Of a stretch of 64,000 nt of DNA, positions 53,425 to 64,000 are shown piece by piece. The DNA comes from Octopus sinensis (taxonomy: Eukaryota). Made by a program: the position numbers and the translations under genes. The stretch covers positions 79,112,001 through 79,176,000 of the forward strand of contig NC_043005.1 of assembly GCF_006345805.1 (NCBI RefSeq). The letters are read 5' to 3'. A model generated the notes under the pieces. It worked only from the letters and a program-made list of their open reading frames with translations. It was not told where the DNA came from and ran no database searches. The number at the start of each line of letters is the position of its first letter. Positions within the stretch are counted from its first letter, which is position 1.

Positions 53425-53610
53425 TATCTGGGCACATGACGCCATGAAACGTGGACAACAAAAAAGTACGAAGCACGAGTACATGGAACAAACTATTCTT
53501 TCGAACAACGTAAGGCACAAATAGGAAGCAAAACAAATAACATAAAGAACGACTCCTCATCAGCTGTTGGCTGTTTTTCTAGTCTCGTATTTCGAGCAGT
53601 TATGTATATA
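53420..53610 (-). mobile_element. Penelope-like terminal segment
   Basis: Reverse complement reads CTCGAAATACGAGACTAG..CAGCCAACAGCTGATGAGGAGTCGTTC, homologous to 50650-50745. Confidence 0.55.
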
Positions 53611-53684
53611 CACATAAACACATATATACATATGAGTTTTGGTTGCAAGATACCTGATGTGAAACTATGTGTTGAAACAAGTAA

Positions 53685-54002
53685 TGTTGTATATCGGGAC
53701 GGTTATTTTTATTTTACCAAATAAACACACGCACTGTATATTCGTTCTCCAAACGTTTATTATTACTGTTCTTATTATAGCTCATTACGCATCTGTGGCT
53801 TCTTCAGCGACTAAGCGGAGCCGGAGCACACACAAGGATGGTAAGTGTTACTGAAGAGGTCAAAGATGTGTGACGAAAGACCTCCGGAAAATGGACATGT
53901 ATTAAAATAAGAGCAATAATAAAGGAATAAAGAACGAATATACAGTACATGTGTTTATTTGGCAAAAAAAAAGAAGGAAAATGACCATCCCGAAATTCAA
54001 CA
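53685..54002. repeat. Diverged inverted repeat (arms about 53685-53808 and 53850-54002) with hammerhead-like cores at the inner ends
   Basis: Both arms share CCAAATAAACAC(A)(C/T)G(C/T)ACTGTATATTCGTTCT and TCGGGA(C/T)GGT in inverted orientation. The inner motifs are CTGAAGAAGCCACAGATG (-) and CTGAAGAGGTCAAAGATG (+). Confidence 0.75.
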
Positions 54003-54114
54003 ATACATGCATATAAGTACATACACATACACACATATAGGATTCTACCTATATCCATATATATATATATATTATATATATATATAATATATATATATAT
54101 ATATAAATAAATAA

Positions 54115-54193
<79 letters not shown>

Positions 54194-54195
<2 letters not shown>

Positions 54196-54563
54196 TAGCA
54201 GTATCGCCCGGCGTTGCTCAGGTTTGTAAGGGAAATAACTATAAAGCATTTTTAGAGAGTTATAGCCAAAAAATAGCAAAAAATGATGGTAAATTTTTTT
54301 GAGTTAAAAAAGGTTGAGTTGCGTCCCCTAGACAGTCTGTGGTTTGTTTCTGATTCTCGACCCCATGTCGATTTTATCGATTTTTTTCAGAACTGGGGGA
54401 ACTTTTCAAAATTTTCGCTGCGTTAGTTTTGAATTATGACATTGGGCTATGTGTGTGTCAAGTTTCATCAGAATCGGTTGAAAGCCGTGGTCAGGGTGAG
54501 GGTACAAGCAAACAGACACACAGAAACACGCACAGACAAACTGCCGTTTATATATAGAGAGAT
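54194..54563 (+). mobile_element. Non-autonomous Helentron/Helitron-type element (HINE/DINE-1/Lep1-like)
   Basis: It starts ACTAGCAGTATCGCCCGGCGTTGCTC, contains GTGTCAAGTTTCATCAGAATCGG, has a (CAGA/CA) microsatellite near the end and terminates TTTATATATAGAGAGAT. This is the typical layout of these elements, and it sits in a TA run. Confidence 0.7.
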
Positions 54564-55751
54564 ATATGTGTCTGTGTGTATATATATCTCTCTGTGACTT
54601 CCTCTCTATTTGCGCAAAGGCACATGAATATTTCAAAGCGTTATTGATTGTGAAGTAAAATGGCCACATTCGAAATAAAAGGCGCAACGTTCGGAGAGCT
54701 GAGTGACACGTTACTTCAATTGACTTCCAGAAATAGTTACATCGTTGGGATCAGTTTTTCTCAACCTTCCTTTGTCTTTTTTTTTTCCTGTAGAGCCTTT
54801 TGTTTCCTATATTACTTGGATGGTCTCTCAATCATTCGATGCAGAAAAAATCCTATCATATATTTATAATCAAATATCATTAAGAATTATTTTGAAAGAT
54901 TGTTAAAATATTTTGTTTATTTTAGAGGTAAAAACCAATTCCTTGCACATACATTTTAACAACAAAATTTTATACGGACCCAAAGATTCATAAGGATTCT
55001 TAGGGCATATGGACCCAGATTGAGAACAATTCGTTTGAATGGTTGGAGCAATTAGTAAAATACTGAAACAAAAAAACCAATTTAATTTCACAGTTAATGA
55101 AACGGTGAATATGAGCAGCGAGTTCGTTTTTAAGGTTATAATAGCGTCCTTTGGCGTCAATTTTTCTAGCGCGTGGGGTGGGGTCTTATAGCCAAACCCT
55201 TGTTATAATGTATATAATTATTAAAATATTTGTAAAATTTACCTATAAGGTTTTTATTTCCGCGCTGACCTCTTACTAAAATCATTAATGATATTTACTC
55301 ATTACTACTATTAATATTTGAAAAATTTACTCCTTGATCAAAACTGAATTCACTGCAGAATTTGTATTGATAAACTAACTATAAGTGGATGTAAAAAAAA
55401 GATGAGAATTCTACTTTAGTGTATATTTCTACGAGTGTGTATATATATTGTTGTACGAAGTTACTGATCGTATACGTATGTGTAGATACTTGTAAATATA
55501 TGCTAATGTTTATCGTATCTGATAAGAGAAGTACGTATAACTTTTTAACATAATCTTGAAACAGGATGTTGTACACGGTTAGCCAAAAGTTTAATTCATT
55601 ATCGTTCTTTTGCCCGACTACAACCCGTGTTTCATCTTTCGGAGCTTTTAAGGTGGTAATAGCGTCTTTGGCTTCTATTTTTCTAGCGCATGGACAGGCT
55701 TATAGTCAATCCCTTGTTATAATTAAGTATATAATTATTAATATATATATA

Positions 55752-56012
55752 TGGAGGTACATGGCCTAGCTAGAGCAGTGGAGTCGTGGTCGAGGGATCG
55801 CGGGTTCGAATCTAAGGCCGGACGTTGTGTGTGTTTATGAGTGAAATACCTAAGCTCCACGCGGCTCCGGCAGGAGGTAATGGCGAACTTCTGCTGACTT
55901 TTTCGCTGCAACTTTCACTCACTCTTTCCTCCTGCATCTTGCAGCTCACCTGCGACGAACCGGCAGGAAACTGGGAAACCCGGCCCTTATGAGCCTGGCG
56001 TGGCTCGAGAAG
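55752..56012 (+). mobile_element. Family-C tRNA-derived SINE (V/Meta-domain-like centre), partly deleted
   Basis: B-box GGTTCGAATC; AAGCTCCACGCGGCTCCGGCAG is shared with 60474-60775. Confidence 0.85.
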
Positions 56013-56026
56013 GAACAAACAACAAT

Positions 56027-56061
<35 letters not shown>

Positions 56062-56789
56062 TCATATGTATATATAAATACAGCGAGAAAGAGGGAGGAT
56101 ATGGAGAATACAGCTCTATATATAAAGAATTAGAACAAGAAACATTAATTGATATTATCTGTCTTTTAATATCTTGCAGCCCTCATTCTATTCTACCTTT
56201 CTCAAAAAACACCCTCCACTCATCGTAAAACACTTTTACAGATAACATCATGAAAATCACTTTAAATTCAATTTTCCAATCTTTAGTACAAAAATCCCTT
56301 GAATGATTTTGCTTAGCACCAAACAAAGCATATGCATGCGACGAAGATTCCTTCAATGTTAAAATGAGTTACAAAGCAGCAGTTTTGCCAATATGTACGT
56401 TTGCCTTATCTAATTATTTCGTATTGTATTTCACTACTTATACTCATTAATTTAGAAATTACAACCGAACTAACGAAAGTTTTTTTTCTCTTCATTTAAT
56501 TGAAAATAATAACTTTGTTATTATATTAAATTGAATATTTTATCCAGAGGTAAATCGTATAGTGAGGACAAAGGTTCTTACTTTTAACTACCAGCTTTCT
56601 GAGTGTTTGGAAATTCTCTATGGTAAAAAGCAATTTTCAGAATTTTTCTAAATGAAAATCTTCCGACGAACACGGAATCTTAAAATGTATAAATACACTC
56701 TTTTTTTTTCTTTGTTTTTTCATACTCAATTGAGTAGAAACACTCTGTACACAAAACTGATTTTAAATGAAATGAAAAATTCTAAGTCT

Positions 56790-56990
56790 GTGTCCTGCAG
56801 GATCGTTAGCACGCACGGTAAAATCCTTAGTGACATTCTGTACGCTCTGAGTTCAAATTTTACCGAGGTCCACTTTGACTTTTGTCCTTTTGCGATTGAT
56901 AAAATAAGTACTACTTATGCACTGGAGTCGATGCAATCTACTTATACTGTCACCAAAAATTGCTGGCCTCGTGCAAGAATTTTAAACTAA
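56790..56990 (+). mobile_element. Diverged family-B SINE
   Basis: GCAGGATCGTTAGCACGC..CTCTGAGTTCAAATTTTACCGAGGTCCACTTTG. Confidence 0.8.
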
Positions 56991-57142
56991 AGTAAGTAGA
57001 GACCGTTCGCGTGTATACTCAATATTGTAAAGTTCAAAATGACTTCTCTACGACCTTCATTCATTTAACTCATTCCCACCATCAGATTATACTACCGATA
57101 ACCGTCTTTATTACAGTTTTGTTGTAATATACACTGATATCA

Positions 57143-57725
57143 AGGCGGCGAGCTGGCAGAAACGTTAGCATACCGGGCGAAATGCTTAGCGGTATTTCGT
57201 CTGCCGCTACGTTCTGAGCTCAAATACCGCCGAGGTCGACTTTGCCTTTCATCCTTTCGAGGTCGATTAAATAAGTACCAGTTACGCACTGGGGTCGATA
57301 TAATCGACTTAATCCCTTTGCTTTTCCTTGTTTGTTCTCTCTGTGTTTAGCCCCTTGTGGGTAGTAAAGAAGTAGGTGTTTCCTCTGCCACTACGTTCTG
57401 AGTTCAAATTCCGCCTAGGTCGACTTTGCCTTTCATCCTTTTGAGGTCGATTAAATAAGTACCAGTTACGCACTGGAGTCGATATAATCGACTTAATCCC
57501 TTTGCTTGTCCTTGTTTGTTCTCTCTGTGTTTAGCTCATTGGGAGTAGTAAAGAAGTAGGTATTTCCTCTGCCACTACGTTCTGAGTTCAAATTCCGCCG
57601 AGGTCGACTTTGCCTTTCATCCTCTCGGAGTCGATAAATTAAGTGCTAGTTACGTGCTGGAGTTGATGTAATCGACTGGCCCCCTCCTCCAAAATTCCGG
57701 GCCTTTTGCCTAGAATAGAAAAGAA
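57143..57725 (+). mobile_element. Family-B SINE with three tandem 184-bp internal units
   Basis: TACGTTCTGAG recurs at 57208, 57392 and 57576. Confidence 0.92.
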
Positions 57726-58544
57726 CATACACTGGTATATAGTTAGAACTCATTGACAAATATCTACTCTACACATTTGTCTCCTTATTCTTCATCCTTT
57801 CACCTGGCTTATTTGATCCCCTTTTCTTCTTCATGGACCGACGCGTTCCCCCAAAACATCATATATCTATGTTGAGATAAGTAGAATATACGGGCGTTTT
57901 ATCTTAAACTAGTTATAAAGACAGACATGGAATGCTTAGTAATTTGATTGAAGTGAAATTGATTCAGTATAGAACTAAACTGGCATTGTAGAGTTACTTT
58001 GCCATAAAAGCACTTGACGTGTAAATTTAGCAGAGAATACGACAAACAATAAACTTTTCTTCGAGTTTAAATTACTGTTATTCTTCATCCAACACTTTCC
58101 TACTTGTTCTCTTACTTTCTCATCTGTGTTTATTAAACTAACGGAATATTATCATCGATTGTTGAAGGTCAAAACAATGATGGTTAATTCCGAAATTCTT
58201 GTAATCTAAAGAATATAGAAATCACGTTGAGAATACTTCTCAGGAGCGAAATTAAATTTAGAAACAAACTGTTCCATTAATATTTTAATAAATTAAATTG
58301 AGCCTTATGTCGTCTATACAAAAGAAATCAATAATTCACATATATTCATTTGAAAGTTGCTGTATTATACTTGTCACAAGATTGTTGACATTTCGACACA
58401 ATGTATTTAACGAAATTAAATGTAAATTGGATTGCATTTTATTTATTCGCAGTATTTTTAGCCAATCAAATCAGCCGAAACTTTTCATTCGTTTACGACA
58501 ATTAAACACACTTGAAGGAGCAGGTATTAGTGCATAGTTAACAT

Positions 58545-58875
58545 GTTCGTTTTGCAACCAATTGGCTTCAAGTTCAATTCCGCGGTGACATTGGGCGAGT
58601 GTCTGTTATCATAAATCTGGAACTGCCAAAGATTTTTATAGTGAATTCGTGAATTTGGTAATTTGTATTGCATGGCACTAAGGTGTTATAGTAGAAGATA
58701 CTAGACTAAGGTGCCATGCAATACAACTGAACCCTCAACCATGTAAATGGGAAGCAAACGTAGTAGGACGTTTGCTTCCCATTTACATGGTTGAGGGTTC
58801 AGTTGTATTGCATGGCACCTTAGTCCAGTATCTTCTACTATAACACCGGCCCGACTAGAATCCTGTTAGTGGACT
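58545..58875. repeat. Family-A SINE head region rearranged into an 80-bp near-perfect palindrome (58682-58761 / 58768-58847)
   Basis: The arms are reverse complements with 1 mismatch and a 6-nt loop AGTAGG. Confidence 0.95.
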
Positions 58876-59093
58876 TCGTAAACGTACTGTGTAACATGCA
58901 CAAACACGCGCGCACACACAAACACACACACACACATATATATTTCATCATGTTGAACCGTTACCCCAACACATGCTTTATTTCTCTTTTTTTGTTCTCT
59001 TTTGTTTTCTGAATATTTGAACTACATATATCCATACATATACAGATATATTCTGTTATAATATATATATCTATCTATCTATCTATATATATA

Positions 59094-59139
<46 letters not shown>

Positions 59140-59147
59140 ATATATAT

Positions 59148-59404
59148 TGCGCCCTTCTCAAGCCTAGCCAGGTTCATGGGCCCGGTTTCCCGGTTTCTGT
59201 GGCGTATGTGTTCCCCCCAGCTGGACGGGACACCAGTCCATCGCAGCGAAAGATGGGGCGAAAGAGTACAACAGGGGTCGCCACCACCCCCTGAGCTTTG
59301 GGGATTTTTGCTCAATAAAGACACACAACGCCCGGTCTGGGAATCGTCACCACGATCTTCTGACCGCGAGTCCGCTGCCCTAACCACTGGGCAATTACGC
59401 ATCC
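59148..59404 (-). mobile_element. Family-C tRNA-derived SINE
   Basis: Reverse complement reads GCCCAGTGGTTAGGGCAGCGGACTCGCGGTC..CTGCGATGGACTGGTGTCCCGTCCAG..ACAGAAACCGGGAAACC. Confidence 0.88.
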
Positions 59405-59416
59405 ACATATATATAT

Positions 59417-59700
59417 CACCTTGATCACCTTGCCTGACCAGTCCGTCGGGCGTCCATTTGACACTACTGGTCAGATTACACGGTCCACTTCTCTCTGGAT
59501 TGCACCTTTCTCATGCACGTGATCACAATCGTTCTCCTGAAATCGTAACTCCACTGTCGTGGAGGCCTTCAGAGTGATCATTTCCGCTCACGCGGGTACC
59601 ACTCGACAGCTGTGCTGGTCCATTGATTATCGGTGAGCCGGGCGACGTGTCTAGTCCATCTAAACTTGCTGCGTGTATATTCTACGATGACATCCCTCAC
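59417..59700 (-). mobile_element. RTE-1-like LINE 3' fragment
   Basis: VRDVIVEYTRSKFRWTRHVARLTDNQWTSTAVEWYPRERK..RPPRQW matches the RTE K.RWAGH.AR..D.RW...V.EW.PR..KR..GRP..RW pattern. It ends in a short (TCAAGGTGA) repeat tail. Confidence 0.82.
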
Positions 59701-59922
59701 GCCGGGCGAAATGCTTAGCGGTATTTCGTCTGTCGTTACATTCTGAGATCGACTTTATCTTTCAACCATTCGGGGTCGATAGATTAAGTACCAGTGAAAC
59801 ACTGGGGTCGATGTAATCGACTAGTCCCCTCCCACAAATTTCCCGGCCTTATCCCTTTAGTATAAAGGATTATTACTATTATTATTTTATTATTATTATT
59901 ATTATATTATTATTATTATTAT

Positions 59923-59957
<35 letters not shown>

Positions 59958-60130
59958 TAAATGCAGGAGGGGGTGAACTGGCAGAATCGTTAGCAAGCCC
60001 AACATAACCGCTTAGCGGCATTACGTTCTGAGTTCAAATTCTAGCATGGTTGCCTTACATCTCTTTCGAAATCGATAAAATAAATACCGATCGAAGAAAT
60101 TGATTAATCTCCACCCATACAATTTCAGAT
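59697..60130 (+). mobile_element. Two family-B SINE pieces (59697-59865, 59962-60130) separated by (TAT)/(TAG) repeats
   Basis: CGCCGGGCGAAATGCTTAGCGGTATTTCG and GAACTGGCAGAATCGTTAGC motifs. Confidence 0.8.
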
Positions 60131-60473
60131 GTCATGCCTACACAAGAAATAAAAATAGTTTATTATTACGCGAACGTGTATCTCGCCAGGACAATGGTTA
60201 AGGAAAACAGTATAAAGCCTGACAATATTGTAAATATCTTGCGGCATTTTGGTTCCATTACTGATCCTTTTCTGCTTCAAGCTTTGTATAAGATGCCCCA
60301 GCGGTTTATTGTTAATTGAGATGTGTTGAATTCATCCCTGCAAGCAAACGATGCACTTTCCTAGGGTTCAGTGCAACGACTGACGCATATTTATAATAGT
60401 ATTATGTAGCATTAACATGTAGTTTGATGCTCTTCAAAATTCATAACTAAATGTTTCGGTAACACTCATGACG

Positions 60474-60775
60474 GGAGGCGCAATAGCCAGTGGGTAAGGC
60501 AGCAGACTCGCGGTCGGAGGATCGCGGTTTCGATTTCCAGACCGAGCGTTGTGTGTGTTTATTGAGCGAAAACACCTAAAGCTCCACGCGGCTCCGGCAA
60601 GGGGTGGTGGCGACCCCTGTTGTAGTCTTTCGGCCCAACTTTCTCTCTCTTTCTATTTCTTGATTAACGCTGGGATGGACTGGCATCCCGTCCCCTAAGG
60701 GGAACACACACCCCATAGAAACCGGGAAACCGAGCCCATGAGACTGGCTAGGCTTGAAAAGGGCGCATAAATAAA
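60474..60775 (+). mobile_element. Family-C tRNA-derived SINE, full length
   Basis: tRNA-like head GGAGGCGCAATAGCCAGTGGGTAAGGCAGCAGACTCGCGG..GGTTTCGATTTCC; centre GATGGACTGGCATCCCGTCC; 3' end GGCTAGGCTTGAAAAGGGCGCATAAATAAA. Confidence 0.9.
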
Positions 60776-62072
60776 TTTTAAAAAAACACTCAAGACACTT
60801 TATGCATTACCCATCTTTTTCTTTGTTATCTCTGATTATAAATAATTTATAACATATACGAAAATCATAAAGCATTATTATCTAAAACCACTGAAGGAGC
60901 TTTGTTTTCTACGCAAGGCCTGCTTACAATTCTAATTGGTTAAGAGCATATCCAAGCCGTGTTGTTTACGTAAACCAGGTGCTGACGTTTAACAGATCAC
61001 CTCGCTCTCACTATGCGATAGTGATATAAACCTATGTCATTGTATTTTAAATACAAAATATTGCTCTCGATTCTACAACTCAAAACGGATTACAATAGCA
61101 AACAAAACAAAACCTGACGTACATTGCGTGTTACGATCTTTTATAAACAAATCACAATAAATTGGAATTGTTGACAATTTTATATACAATATTCAAACAA
61201 ACACTTTCACTAAATAACTTTATTAAATGGTTATATAATAAAATTATTGTGGAAGAAGTGAAGCTTACTATTGCATTCGATAAACGACGCTGACAAGTAT
61301 TTTTAACAGGCAGTTTAGCTTAATCTACTCAATGCCAAATATTACTGATAGCAAAAACAAGTTCTTAGAATCAGTTTGACAGAATGACAGCAGATTTAAC
61401 ACTTCATTTATTTTCTGTATTCATCTGTGAACATGTTTGTTTTTCGCTTATATTCATTGCTATTCATTCCTTCCTCTTGTTTCTCTCCTTTTATTCTACC
61501 TCATCCTTTTCTTTGCTGTACTCCCCGCCTCATCAATGTTGCTCTATATAGTAATGTATTTATATCTCTATCTTACATAGCATTTCCTTATTACATCAAT
61601 TCCTACAATTTCTACATTTATCCCTTCTATTTCTTAGTTTTTCTTCTTTATATATTATTATTGATGATTTCAATAAACTTTCTTTTCTTTCAATTATTCG
61701 CTCTCACCTCTCACTTTTTATCTCCCCTTACCACGCCGCCATCTTTTCTCTCCTCTATTCACGTTTTATATTCTTCATTCCGTTCCAATATTGACGGAAA
61801 ATAGAGGCCCTCTGTGTCTCCAAGGGAAAATCTGAACCGCACGTTTAAGGAATAGAAAACCGATAAGATCATCTAGGGAAAGATTTAAATGCTATTGTCG
61901 TTTACATTGTCTAATTTGCCGATATTGCAACTGTTAAGAATCCTACCATTATCTCCTCTCCTTGTATTTCTGTGCACTTTTGTTTAGATGCAATCGCTTT
62001 TAAACAATTGTTATTTCGTCTTCTATCATTAGCACTGTGTTATTTTATATTGGTTCTGCGGCTACAAATACA

Positions 62073-62129
<57 letters not shown>

Positions 62130-62243
62130 GTCTTTGTTAATGTTAGACTGCTTTTAAAACTAGTCAAAAATAATAGCAATATTTTTTTTTATTATTTATG
62201 AGTAATAAAACTAATAAAAGCAAGTTACAAAAGCAACTGCAAT

Positions 62244-62276
<33 letters not shown>

Positions 62277-64000
62277 AATAATAATAATAATAATGATGAT
62301 GATAATGATGATGATGATGAATTCTTGGTTTTATTTCCTCAGATCATGAATAACAGCGATAATAAATAATAACAACAAACGATATTAAATAACTTGTAAA
62401 TTTTATACATTGTATTCTGGGACAGTTTGTTTACTGGTGAAGTTTTGCTGGAGACTTTGGACAGATATTTTGAAATCTGTGCATTATTTCCCTTAACTGG
62501 AGAACTCTTTAGAGGATTTTAGCGCTTGCGTTCCCCTTTTGTTGTACAAAGATCTTCTCGATTCTATTACTGTTCAAAGATTTCCTCTCAAATAAATCAT
62601 TCTTTGTATCGTAGGCAGAGCAGATGTTGGAAACTGTTATTTGATATCGTTTTTGTGAGAATTTTCAGAGTTTCCATATTTATTGTATTATATCTTTCAA
62701 TATCGTTTTCATTAGCAAATTTTTTCATCTGCTTTTTATTTATATATATTTAGTCGTATATTTTATTTACTTATTTTATCTCTCTTTTAAAAGGAAAAAT
62801 CACAAAAGTAATTTTTTTTTCTTGTGGTGTACTCATTTTTCTTTCTTGTATTTTAATATAAGATTCATTCATTAATGTTACAGTAGAATATTTTTTCGGC
62901 CAATATTTTTTTGTCTGCTCGTTGCTTATTATTTCATATTTTAAATCTGCTTCCTTTAACTTATAGAACCAATTTTGTTCCGTTTCAAATAGAGGATAAA
63001 AAATACAAATTTTATTCTTATAAATTTCTTGAAAATAACCGGAACTTTATGAAAGTTGAGTGTTAGACTCTGATTTTTTCCAAGGCTTTTGTGAAGAATT
63101 ACTAGCAACAAAGATCTTTACTTTCTTTTCAAATATGTTCAGCAGTTGTTGTTGCTTGCCATTATTATTATCATGATGATGATGATGATGATGATCATTA
63201 TTATTATTATATTATTATTATTATTATTATTAATTTATTTTCCTCTTGCAAACTTCCTTTTCGGGTGTGTCTTTCATTGATTTTTCTGTTTATATGCTAG
63301 GAATTAAACAGATCGTAAATGTATATCTTTTCATGTAAATTCGAAAAACTAAAGGATTGTTAAAAAAATCGAAAGAAATGTTCTTTGATATGAGAAATCA
63401 CATCAAGCGAACTCCATTTAATCATAAAGAATGGTGTATTTTTTTCAAATAATTCAATTAAATCTACAAATTCGTATAGCATTGTTGATGCCTTTCAACG
63501 TATTTTCTAGAAGAGTTGTAAATAACCAACTGGAAAGGCCCCCAGGAAATTACTGCTAGGTATTCTAACCAAAGACGAAATAATCGAATGCATAAAGGCT
63601 GTTTAATTTTCTTTTCTTCTTGCTAAACATAAAAGCAGCTGATGAAGTTAACGACTGCAATAGCTGATGTGATCTACACAGAAGCACCAGCTTCCATTAC
63701 GATCATGAAACTGTAAATTCTGGCTCTTTATGGCACGGAATAGGACGATACCCCACGAAGACACAAACAGGAAGCCATATCGATTGGTGCTTACGGTTAG
63801 GTAACTGGCAGAAAGTCCATTATTTTCAGCCATAAACACAAAATGATGTAACTGCTCGCTTTTGTATCTCCAAAGGAGTATAATCAGACAAATTATGCCA
63901 CCGAAAGCCTATTCGCGGCTTCAAAGAACTAACCGTTATTAAACACATGACAGATGAAGTCTACCATTTAAGAATTGAGAACGCAAAGGGTCAGAATGCC

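Noticed and set aside
60474-60550. tRNA-like sequences at SINE heads (also 55752, 59330-59404, 15628)
   Set aside because: They have A/B boxes but no complete cloverleaf and run directly into SINE bodies, so they are not tRNA genes.
63600-64000. Non-repetitive segment with short open frames and a possible acceptor (CTCCAAAG) at the window end
   Set aside because: No recognisable motif, stops in most frames, and it is truncated by the window edge.

Overview
This is AT-rich, microsatellite-saturated eukaryotic DNA with no recognisable host protein-coding gene. It reads as intergenic or deep intronic sequence. The SINE families and the (TA)n/(TACA)n/(AAT)n load look like a coleoid cephalopod (Octopus-like) genome; that is my recollection and is unverified. 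Almost all ORF-track entries are microsatellite translations or antisense frames of transposons. The real content is a pile of mobile elements. These include a near-full-length but disrupted CR1/L2-group LINE (36146-40464, +) and two 5'-truncated copies of a second CR1-like LINE (11964-12906 and 50750-52715, -). Also present are a decayed hAT transposon (9484-11788), several mariners (one full-length, one internally deleted, one MITE, one fragment), RTE, R2/Hero-like and Penelope-like fragments, a Helentron-type element, and many copies of at least three tRNA-related SINE families. The most interesting signals are five. (1) The long LINE's ORF1 appears to begin with a Myb/SANT-like (trihelix) domain followed by a CCCH finger, and the element sits between (TA)n tracts. 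(2) That LINE shares a 40-nt 3' motif with a covarying stem-loop with one SINE family, suggesting a SINE-LINE pair. (3) An 80-bp near-perfect SINE-derived palindrome lies at 58682-58847. (4) Degenerate hammerhead-ribozyme cores recur in Penelope-like ends, twice arranged as inverted pairs. (5) An isolated ~40-nt piece of 28S rRNA lies at 20060-20100. All family assignments come from motif reading by eye, not from database searches.
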